From the NCBI RefSeq assembly GCF_009914755.1, contig NC_060932.1: DNA of 64,000 nt; one strand, 5' to 3'. Position numbers and translations under genes: made by a program. The notes beneath the pieces were generated by a model that was not told the origin of the DNA, made no database searches, and worked only from the letters and a program-made list of their open reading frames with translations. Source of the DNA: the human T2T-CHM13v2.0 reference genome, Homo sapiens. Of this stretch, positions 38,238 to 53,602 are shown piece by piece; the first letter of the stretch is position 1, and each line of letters starts with the position of its first letter.

Positions 38238-38599
38238 TATTATTAAATTAATTGTGTTTTTCCCAAATTCATAAGTGGAATCCTAACATCAAATGGAATA
38301 TATTTTGAAGTAGGGTCACTAAGGAGGTAATGAAGTTTAAGTGAGGTCACAAGAGTGGAGTTTTAATCCAATAGGATTGGTGTCCTTGTAAGAAGATAAT
38401 AAGACACAGGGGTATGCATACACAGAGAAAAAGATCATGTAAGGACAAGTGAGAAGACAAGGAGAGAGGCCTCAGGAGAAGCTCAAACCTGCCAACACCT
38501 TGATCTTAGATTCAGCCTCCAAAATGCTGAAAAAATAAACTTTTGTTAAGGCACCCAGTCTGTAGTATTCTGTTAAATCAGCTCTAACAGAGTAATACA
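38238..38599 (+). mobile_element. MLT1A0-type MaLR LTR
   Basis: 'aattgtg...caaattcata...aatccaataggattggtgtccttgtaagaag...aacctgccaacaccttgatctt...cagtctgtagtatt...taataca'. Confidence 0.85.
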
Positions 38600-39494
38600 A
38601 CTACCAAAAATCTCCCTTTTATTTCACCACTCTTGGATTACTTATCCACAGTGCTTTTAGGCTGATCTTCCCAAAAGGTAATTTGGGTAAATTCTCTCCT
38701 GAGCTCAAAACATTTCATGCCTATCTCTGTCTACTGGATAACTTTCAAAGTACCTGGCATGGCACAGAGAGCTCTATGGTTCCTGCTTGTCTTTCCAGTG
38801 TCATTTCTTGCCAAACATAGGCACACAGTCAGTAATCTAGACAGACACTCACTTGCAGTTCTTCTAATCTGCCATGCTGTTTCATAAAACATATGGTTGC
38901 CTCTTCATAGACTAACCCCTTCCCCAGACCACCTAACAAACTGCTACTCATATTCAGATAACGCACACAAAGGTCTTCTCAATGAAACATTTGACCTTCT
39001 AGGACCACGCTAACCATATGATTTTTAATACTATTGCTGTATAGACCTTATTTATACTTCCAGTACATTTGATTTTAACAATGTGTTTACAACTACTCCC
39101 TTTTGAAATTGTAGTCTCTTTGAAGATGGATACTTTTGTATATTCTCAGTGCTTGCACATAGATTGCTCAATGATTCATAGAAATAAATAGATATGTGAA
39201 ATATCCATTTGTCCATAACCGGCTCCAGATTATCCCTAATCCATTAGAGACCACATTGGGAAAAAATACTTTTTTAAAAATGAAAGACTGCTGAGATTAG
39301 CATGTTTGGGAAGCCAAGTAAGCAAGGAGCAAATTATAGGTTATTATAATTCCATATGGATCTCCCTAGACTCTCAATTTCTGTATTAATTACTATAATC
39401 ACAACACATTCATACTAAAGCTCACTTTATTATATCTTTCATTTATTTATTCATTATCATATCAACCATATTGCTGATTCCTAAAAAGAGGACA

Positions 39495-40095
39495 TGTTGT
39501 GTAATGAAGAAGCAGTGAATTAGAAAGCAGAATGCATGGGTCCTTGTCTCTGTGACTTGCAAGTCACAGTCTCTTGCATGTCAGTTTTCTCACCTACAAA
39601 ATGGAATTTCTGTATCTAACCAGCTCATCACACAGAGTGGTTTTGAAGATCAAATGGAATGATGTATAAATGGTTTGTAGGTTGTCATTTAATAACGGTG
39701 TCTTCCTAGTGAAAGGGCAATGTTTCTGCATTTCACCAACAGTGCTTGGCATTGGCCCTAGCTCGCTCTGGCCTTTCCAGCTGACTGACATTGAGCAGGT
39801 CATTTAAATTTTCCAAACCTCAATTTTCATAAATCTAAAAGTGGGATAATAATATCACAAGATTTTTTCAAGGCAAAAATAAAAATCAAAGTGTTTTGTA
39901 TTCTATATCATGTTATGTAATTTAAAATAATTATATAATCTAATTGTGTGATCTTGGGTAAATGATGTAACTATTTGTGACACTTTCTTCATGTATAAAA
40001 TAAAAATATAATAAGTTTGTTGAGGGGTTGAATAAGACAATGTGTGTAAAGTATTTAACATAACACATGTGTGCTTAGCATTTTAAATAATAATA
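39495..40095 (+). mobile_element. Cluster of MIR fragments (about three)
   Basis: 'tcagttttctcacctacaaaatgg', 'cctcaattttcataaatctaaaagtgggataata' and 'tgtgtgatcttgggtaaatga'. Confidence 0.65.
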
Positions 40096-40514
40096 ATTAA
40101 ATTAATGTTTCTAGTACATACCATTATTATATTACTGCTAATACAGGTGTCCCTTGAGAACTGAGTCTGCAAAGTTTTACATGACTTATGACTCTTTGGA
40201 TATGGCATAAATGTTTTTATTGACTTACTAATACCTCAATTGGTTTCATTTCAAGGGATGATAGCTGTGTAAACAAAGTAGAATTAGTCATTAAAAAGAT
40301 AGATACAAATCTTATAATAAAATTTTGTTTAATATTACATCTGTAATATCTAGTGATTGTGTGTGATGTCCTCTGGAGTACAATGGTCTTTTATCTTTGT
40401 TTTCTAGCCAAATTATCAAGCTTTATTGACTCCCTACTCTGTGTGTTAGTTGTTCTGCATATCATATTTTGGTGCCATTTACAAAACGGTTAAGCATTGC
40501 CCTTATACTTAAAT

Positions 40515-40521
40515 ACACACA

Positions 40522-40561
<40 letters not shown>
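40515..40561. repeat. (CA)n microsatellite, one interruption
   Basis: Read directly. Confidence 0.98.
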
Positions 40562-40564
<3 letters not shown>

Positions 40565-41305
40565 CTATTTCTGCTAAAGCTTTATTTGCAATATCAATTT
40601 CTAAATATGAACCATATTTGTGAAGACTATCTCTAAATATATATACTATATATGGCCTATAGTTCAGATATATATATATTTCTGTGTGCTTATATTTCTG
40701 AAACAAGGAGGGAGGAAGAATTCAGGGTGAAAAACAAAGAAAATTATGTCCAAATTTATTTTCAAGCTTTGTGACTTTAGAAAATCTACAGCTACACAAG
40801 CCTAATGCTAAACATGATGAGAATAAAACATCTACTTCATTCTATGGTTTTAAAATGCTATTTATATAGCATAATGGAGGTGACTAATACATGTTTTCTG
40901 AAATAACTTATTTTCAGAGAATGGTTTGCTCACTAGATATATCAGCCTTAATTTTCCATCTCTATTTCCTACCAATTTGTAAACCTGAATATTTAGAACT
41001 CACAACTGGCCTCCATCTGAGGAAATACAAAAACAAATCTTCTTAGAGTCAAGATGTTCTTGAGACCCCCAAAAGAAAAGGAGCTTGTCTCCAAGCAGAA
41101 GGAATTTGTATGAAAACTCTGCCTTCAACATTGTTACTCCTGCTAGACACTGGTAAGACTATTTCAGGATTTCCATTTATTTAATAGCAGATAGAAAGTG
41201 TTAACAATAGTCAATATTAATACAAACATGTTCTAATATTGTAATTATAAAAATCCAGTGGAAATCAATTTTTTCAATTCAGCAATATCAATTAGTATAA
41301 TATTA

Positions 41306-41692
<387 letters not shown>

Positions 41693-43095
41693 TCATAGAT
41701 AAATAAGAAACTTATGTTATTTAAATGTTTTGATAGATTATTTATTACATATGGAGAGTATGGGAACAGAAGCACTTTAAAACATGCCATGGCTCACTTC
41801 CAACTGAACTAACACTTCTCGGTAGATGGCTTTAACTACTCTTCGAATGCCACGTGTGGAGTTGGGGTGCTTATCTAATGCCTACTTTTGAAATTAGATG
41901 AGAGGTTTGAAAACTTTTTTTGAGTTTCCTGATGACCAAGAATATTTTTTATTCTTTAAAATAAGGCATCCTTGAGCTATCACTTGTGTTCTTGGATGTT
42001 ATTTAAAATGATTTACTCAGAGACACAAGCAGTTTGCTGAGATAGAAGACAATGGAAGAGTAAATTGAAGTAAAAAAGAAAACATTCAGCTCTGTGTCTG
42101 GCACAACACAAGTGCTAAAATAAAAGATATCCAGTATTATTGTTGATGTTATTATTGGCTAATTACAATATTCTAAGTAGAAAAAAATTCTTAGATAATC
42201 AATTATAGCTCACTATATTTCTTTCAGTTATAAAATTAAAATAATTTGAAATGTTTATCTTATCTTCCAAGACATTTGAGAGAAAAAAAAAAGAATCTGC
42301 TCAAACATCCTGTCTTAATCCAGATAAATTTGGATTAACAAAATTGCTTTCTAAAATATCTTCTAAATTTTAAAAGAACAAGCAAAATGACTATTATATT
42401 TATACAGGTTTTAAAAAAATATGTATACTGTCTTATCCAGATTATTAGTTATGGGTCAAATTATCAAGTATTAGAGGTTTTAAATTTTTATATGTATACT
42501 TTACTGGACATAAGGGTCCATTTTATAAGTAATGTCCACTGGATATTTATGCTTTTTTTAGAAGTAGCATCATATTTTTATATTGCTTTATTATAGATGT
42601 TTATAGTTGTTTTAGAGTTGCTTTTATGACATATTATGTGTAAAATCTATTATTTGTTTTGTTCTGAGTACTTGATTGGGAATAAAACTATACTTACAAC
42701 TCCTGATGAGGAAATGCTGTTGAGTTTATCAAAATGCATTTATAGTACTGCTTATTGATACGCATTACTGGGAAGAAAGGGATCAGTGTATTTATCCAGT
42801 GAGATCCAAATCATGCCAAAAATTACATTTCAATGCACTTTCTGGTAACAAAAGTTTTTCATGCAAATACTTGGCAACTCAGAACTGACAGTGTTTTTTT
42901 TTTCAAAAATCTAAATTGACAAGATTATTTGAATAGTGTTTTTTTAATGTATGGTTTTCATAATGGAATAATTTTTTTCTTCTCAACCCCCACCCCTCAC
43001 TACTATACCCCACTATCTTCCTGCACCTTCTACCTCAGGACTTTCAGCTCCTTTTCCCTTTTAGTCCAGAATTACAACTAGCTGGAGCCTAGAAT

Positions 43096-43202
43096 GGGTC
43101 ACAATCAGGAAGAGGTTAAAAGTGCCATGGGAATATGGAGAAGAGAGGGTCACAATCAGGAAGAGGTTAAAAGTGCCATGGGAATATGGAGAAGAGAGGG
43201 TC
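43096..43202. repeat. Perfect tandem duplication, 2 x 51 bp
   Basis: gggtcacaatcaggaagaggttaaaagtgccatgggaatatggagaagaga at 43096-43146 and 43147-43197, then gggtc. Confidence 0.98.
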
Positions 43203-45711
43203 TAAGGAAGATTGCAAATTCTTCAGAAATTCCTCTGGGTGTTTGTCTAAACAGACATCAGACAAATGCCTTCCATTTGTTTTCCTCCCATCTTCTCCTG
43301 CGATCACCAGTGAACATCTAGTTTTCCATAATGTGAAAGGCAACAAGAAAACAAAAATCACAGGTTAGATCAATCAGCCTAAAAACTTGTTATTGACTCT
43401 GCCCTTCTCTGATAGGGTTACACTTAAATATATTAACCATCCTAAAATTGAACCTTAACAGACCTTAAAACGCCATCTTTGCTCTTCAAGATTTAGTGTT
43501 TATTATTTTTTTGAAAATTTAAACTTCCTATATGCTTAGTAACTTTTAAGCCTTACTAAATTATAGATTTTGCATTCTTCATGGCATTCTCTTAAATCAG
43601 ACAATAAATTTTTCAAGTAGCATTTTAAACATGTGAATGTGATGGAGGAAAACATATAAACAAATACAAAATATTACTAATAGTGACTCACATTAATGAA
43701 TTTGTTTAAGAACCTTTGAACATGTTATGATATATTGGAGATATATCTGCAACAGGCTAAGTCTGACATAAGCATAAGCAAAATTATAAAACAGATTTTT
43801 GAAAAGAAATAACTCTTTAACCATAGTTAGGGCTACCTGATGCTACCTTTCAAGGTCTCTTCTCCAGTCCCAGCCCTTGTCTTGATTACAAAATCAGGTC
43901 AATGGTGATGCTCATTTGTAACTTTGCTATCAGGTATGGCCAGATGTTTCATTTAACCTCTAATATAAATAAAACATCTGATGAAGTTTTGTGATGCCTT
44001 TGTAAACAGCTGTTTCATCTGGAAGCTTACTGCTGAAGCAGCTATACCGATTTGGTCATTTTCTTTACATAATGTCAAAGTAATTGTCTTGATCTTTAGG
44101 AAAACTGCTGCTATAGGTGTTATAAAGTATTTTATTACAGCATGTTAGATCTCTTTAAAATGGCTAATGTCTAGTCAACACATGTTTAGTTTGCCCAACA
44201 AGAATTTATTAAGTTTATTTAAAATGTAGGAAGAAACTATTTCTATTTCTTTGAGAATTAAAATGTAAGCTGAGTGCATCACTAAGGCAATTTTGTTATA
44301 TTTTCAACATTATTTAATAACGCTTGACCAACCCTTGTTCTAAGAGCATTAACAGCACACCTTGTGTTCTTTTCCAGGTTCATTAAATAAGTCTAAGAAT
44401 AATACTCCTCATGCCTGTTTTTTATTCTTGCTTAATATAAGCATATTTCTAACATTAGTAATTACTTTATATGATTAAAATAATTAATACGATGGTAAAG
44501 AGTGGATGCTGAAATCGCTTCAAACTAAATTTTAAAAATATTTTAGACATGTATAAAATGCCTACCATTTTTAGAAGGGCAAAAATTTAATCTAAAATAA
44601 ATGAGCTGCCATATTTTAAAATGTTAGCAGATGAGCATTTGCGGCCCATTCTAATGAACATTGTCCAGGCAATTTTATTTTAGATTTCTCACTTAAGGAC
44701 TCAAAGGCTGAGTATAACACAAAATAAGCTGCATGCTCATAAGAAGAAATTATATTAAATAATTTAGAAATTTGTGTTCAATATTTGGAAAATCAAGATT
44801 TTTTTAGAAATTTGTTTTTACATTTTAATAGACTTTAGCATTTTAGAAACTTAAATACTTGCTAGTTTAATGAATTATTCATATTTTGATCATATACATT
44901 ACATTATACATTTTCCATATATACATCCCTACAAATTTTTAATATTTTTGACTTTGTAATTTATTGTTTTTAATCCAAATTTCTTAGGGTTTATGATCAC
45001 ATTTGGTATTATCTGCATGTAAAAAAGGAAACAGGAAGAACTTGCTTAATATCCTTTAAAGGTACAATATTATATAAGTTTATTTTCACTTTTGAAAGCT
45101 AATGAGCCATTTTTCCTGAGGAAGATACCTCCATGGCAGAATCTTCCATCTAAGAAACCGTAATCTTCCAGCTAGTGGCATAACCAGACCTCAGCCTCCT
45201 TACAAACTTTCCTAGTTAATGCTGGATTTACAAGGGTTTCTGTACTACAGCTTTAGTTAAGGGGCTTCCAGATTGTAATACCCAGAGAAATGTCGCTGCC
45301 TAAGTCACTAGCTTACAAAAAAGCTAAGCCAAGCAATTTAAGATGGATTTAAAGGTTACAGGAAACTGAAGCAATGTCCACCAGCAATGAATTAGAGAGA
45401 AGACACCCTCTAAAAGGCACCCTCTGGATGACGCTGGACCTTAAATGGATAAAGAACAACATTTCTGAGCACTGGAAACCAGGAGGGATGCTTATTTGTA
45501 TTACACAAGAAATTTGGTGGCATTAAAGCTCTCATACGTGTGTGTATGCATGCATGTGCGTGTAAGTGTGTGCTTAGGTGTCCCCTTGCATGTCATTAGT
45601 AACTTACTCTTCCTGCTGAAGTAAATGAATTAAAAACACTTCCTTTACAACCATCATAGATGCTGACCACAGCACATAGGAATGAAGACAGATGCAGAGA
45701 TTAAAGCTGTA

Positions 45712-45713
<2 letters not shown>

Positions 45714-45746
<33 letters not shown>
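45714..45746. repeat. (CA)16 microsatellite
   Basis: Read directly. Confidence 0.98.
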
Positions 45747-45749
<3 letters not shown>

Positions 45750-46984
45750 CCCCACAAACAAACAAAAGCAAAAACAGAAGCCATCTCCCAATAAAAAGCA
45801 TACAGGAGCAAGCAATTTGAAGAGTACAATAGAAGTACAGTATATGATAATATTGTGCACTTGAAATGAGTTTTGAAGAAATCCATAATTAGAAAATAAG
45901 GACAAGCTCAATGATGGTGAAAGGAAGGAACCAGACCAAAACAGAATGGCTAGGAACAGTCACCCAGAACACGTTTAAGAGGATGTGAACAATTGAAGAA
46001 GTCCGAACCAAAACAGGAAACTTTCTCTTAACTCGCTTGGCTAAGGAGTATTTTTCACCAGTTTCTAATGAGGGAAAATTGAAATTGACCTCATAACTCT
46101 CCTATATCATTTATGGCTTATTCTATATTATATTTAAATCAACTATATCTAGTCATTTCAAACTGTGTTTTACTCAGTCAAACCTAATTAGTCCATAATG
46201 TTCAGAGACAAAAATTCCTCCAGGTAAGACCGTAAATAAACCACTACAGTCAAAATTTTTATACCCATCATGAATAGATCAAGTAAGAGCATTCCTGACA
46301 GAGAAACCAACTGGGATAACATGCTATCCATTATACCAGCTACTATGTGAAATGACTTCAGAATGGTCATCTTGAGAGGAGATACAGTTTTGGGGAAGTA
46401 TGGCTTTGCCCAAACCATTGCAGAAAAATAACTTCTGGAATTATGTTCAGAGCCTCTGGTGTGTGTGTTTCAGCTTTGTAAGTAGATGGCATTTGTTTTG
46501 AGAGTAAATTGAATTTGAAAAAGTACAGCTAACTGGCATTGTGAACCAATCCTAATAAATAAACTGTGAGGCTACAATGGGAAGGCAACTCATTTTAACA
46601 GGTTGGCTACATATGTTTGCTATAAGTCAGTCATATAACCTTGTAGAAACATTTTGCACCACGTCTGATTACAAGAAGTATGACCTAGAAAGTTCAAAAT
46701 TGTTAAAATCACAATACTTGTTTTCATTTTCTTAGTGGTCTTTTAGAATATTAGAAGTCAACATATACCAAAAGATTAAAGTGAGGAATGATCCCACAAC
46801 AAAGCTTAATAACAGAGAAAAATCATTTAAAATTCAAAATGAGCATCTCAGAACGAAAGCAGGGGAAGTTGTTTTGAGTTCTCTGCCACTTTAGCTCCCC
46901 AACTATAAATTAAGAATAAATACACTGAATCCTCCCGAAGGACATGGGCTCTAAAAATGATTTTGGAACTTCCTAGAGAGTGCA

Positions 46985-47215
46985 TACAGACTCTGGAGGC
47001 ACAGAGCCTGGGCTCAAATGCCACCTCTGCCTTTTGCTAGCTGTAATTTGGGACAAGTATTTAAACTCTGAGCCTCAGTGTGTTCACATTTAAGTGGAAA
47101 TAATGATAGGATATAACTTATTGCGTTGTTTTGAGGACTACATGAATTAATACATGTACAAACACTTACAATATGTCCTGACACTTAGTAAGTACTCAAT
47201 AACAATAATACTTAT
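46985..47215 (+). mobile_element. MIR SINE
   Basis: 'cagactctggaggcacagagcctgggctcaaat...ctctgagcctcagtgtgttcac...agtaagtactcaataa'. Confidence 0.85.
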
Positions 47216-47499
47216 TATACAATAAAATTAGCCTAATTTCTTTGGCAGTAGTTTTCCTTTGTTAAAATTCAAAGTATATTTTAGAAGCAACCTTTTGTTG
47301 ATTGGTTTTGAACTCCAAATATCATAGGTGTATACAAAAATACATTTGACATTTGGAAGATGAAGACCTGTTAAGAATATATTCTGCATTTGACCAAGAG
47401 TTACCAAGTAAACATCATAGGAATAGTTTGACCCTCATGGCCACATTGTTATAACTGTTACATGAATCAGTATGATTTGTTTAAAAATAATAATATGGA

Positions 47500-47593
47500 C
47501 CTATGACTTTCAGATCTGGAAGATAATTTTCTATTGTATTAAGCCACTAAATTTGAGACAATTTATTGCAACCAGCAATAGGAAACTAATTTA
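47500..47593 (+). mobile_element. MLT1 LTR 3' end fragment
   Basis: 'ataattttctattgtattaagccactaaatttg...caatttattgcaaccagcaataggaaactaat'. Confidence 0.7.
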
Positions 47594-48725
47594 TAATGTT
47601 CCACAAAATTTTATATCAGCATTTCTTATATGTATATTTGCAAGGAAGTTTTTAGAAAAATCCCTTCTATTGGGCATTTGGGGGTGGAGCCAAGATGGCC
47701 GAATAGGAACAGCTCTGGTCTACAGCTCCCAGCGTGAGCGAGGCAAAAGACACGTGATTTCTGCATTTCCATCTGAGGTACCGGGTTCATCTCACTAGGG
47801 AGTGCCAGACAGTGGGTGCAGGACAGTGGGTGCAGCGCACCGTGCGCGAGCTGAAGCAGGGCGAGGCATTGCCTCACTCGGGAAGTGCAAGGGGTCAGGG
47901 AGTTCCCTTTCCTAGTCAAAGAAAGGGGTGACAGATGGCACCTGGAAAATTGGGTCACTCCCACCCTAATACTGCACTTTTCCAAAGGGCTTAAAAAACG
48001 GCACACCAGGAGATTATATCCTGCACCTGGCTTGGAGGGTCCTATGCCCACGCAGTCTCACTGATTGCTAGCAAAGCAGTCTGAGATCAAACTGCAAGGC
48101 GGCAGCGAGGCTGGGGGAGGGGTGCCTGCCATTGCCCAGGCTTGATTAGGTAAACAAAGCAGCTGGGAAGCTCGAACTGGGTGGAGCCCACCACAGCTCA
48201 AGGAGGCCTGCCTGCCTTTGTAAGCTCCACCTCTGGGGGCAGGGCACAGACAAACAAAAAGACAGCAGTAACCTCTGCAGACTTAAATGTCCCTCTCTGA
48301 CAGCTTTGAAGAGAGTAGTGGTTCTCCCAACATGCAGCTGGAGATCTGAGAAAGGGGAGACTGCCTCCTCAAGTGGGTCCCTGACCCCTGAGTAGCCTAA
48401 CTGGGAGGCACCACCCAGTAGGGGCGGACTGACACCTCACACGGCCGGGTACTCCTCTGAGACAAAACTTCCAGAGGAATGATCAGGCAGCAGCATTTGC
48501 AGTTCACCAAGATCTGCTGTCCTACAGCCACCGCTTTTCTGCAGCCACTACTACTGATATCCAGGGAAACAGGGTCTGGAGTGGACCTCTAGCAAACTCC
48601 AACAGACCTACAGCTGAGGGTCCTGTCTGTTAGAAGGAAAACTAACAAACAGAAAGGACATCCACACCAAAAACCCTTCTGTACACCACCATCATGAAAG
48701 ACCGAAAGTAGATAAAACCACAATG

Positions 48726-49717
48726 ATGGGAAAAAACAGAGCAGAAAAACTGGAAACTCTAAAAAGCAGAGCACCTCTCCTCCTCCAAAGGAATGCAGCT
48801 CCTCACCAGCAACAGAACAAAGCTGGACGGAGAATAATTTTGATGAGTTGAGAGAAGGCTTCAGACGATCAAACTATGAGCTACAGGAGGAAATGCAAAC
48901 CAATGGCAAAGAAGTTAAAAACTGTGAAAAAAGATTAGATGAATGGATAACTAGAATAACCAATGCAGAAAAGTCCTTAAAGGAGCTGATGGAGCTGAAA
49001 GCCAAGGCTCGAGAATTATGTGAAGAATGCAAAAGTCTCAGGAGCCAATGTGATCAACTGGAAGAAGGTATCAGTGATGGAAGACGAAATGAATGAAATG
49101 AAGAGAGAAGGGAAGTTTAGAGAAAAAAGAATAAAAAGAAACGAACAAAGCCTCCAAGAAATATGGGACTATGTGAAAAGACCAAATCTACGTCTGATTG
49201 GTGTACCTGAAAGCGACGGGGAGAATGGAACCAAGTTGGAAAACACTCTGCAGGATATTATCCAGGAGAACTTCCCCAATCTAGCAAGGCAGGCCAACAT
49301 TCAGATTCAGGAAATACAGAGAACGCCACAAAGACACTCCTCGAAAAGAGCAACTCCAAGACACATAATTGTCAGATTCACCAAAGTTGAAATGAGGAAA
49401 AAATGTTAAGGGCAGCCAGAGAGAAAGGTCGGGTTACCTACAAAGGGAAGCCCATCAGACTAACTGTGGATCTCTCGGCAGAAACTCTACAAGCCAGAAG
49501 AGAGAGGGGGCCAATATTCAATATTCTTAAAGAAAAGAATTTTCAACCCAGAATTTCATATCCAGCCAAACTAAGCTTCATAAGTGAAGGAGAAATAATA
49601 TACTTTACAGACAAGCAAATGCTGAGAGATTTTGTCACCACCAGGCCTGCCCTAAAAGAGCTCCTGAAGGAAAGGAACAACCGGTACCAGCCACTGCAAA
49701 AACACGCCAACATGTAA
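48726..49717 (+). pseudogene. L1 ORF1p remnant (frameshifted)
   Basis: Fragments '...SLQEIWDYVKRPNLRLIGVPE...' and 'MLRAAREKGRVTYKGKPIRLT...'. Confidence 0.9.
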
Positions 49718-49780
49718 AGACCATCAAGGCTAGGAAGAAATTGCATCAACTAATGAGCAAAATAACCAGCTAACATCATA

Positions 49781-53602
<3,822 letters not shown>

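Larger units (their letters stand above)
36320..39190 (+). mobile_element. L2 3' region, interrupted by the LTR element at 36521-38599
   Basis: 'aatggcaccatttacccagtcac...gagtcatccttgact' before the insertion; 'tgatcttcccaaaa...ctcaaaacatttca' and 'gcacatagattgctcaatga' after it. Confidence 0.65.

Noticed and set aside
40224-40561. Second (TG)n-adjacent minus-strand exon candidate
   Set aside because: The acceptor 'gtatttaag' is weak and the nearest good donor is ~280 nt away; much less convincing than the 45.6-kb case.
43094-43321. 75-aa ORF with a 17-aa repeat
   Set aside because: By-product of the 51-bp duplication; no other coding evidence.
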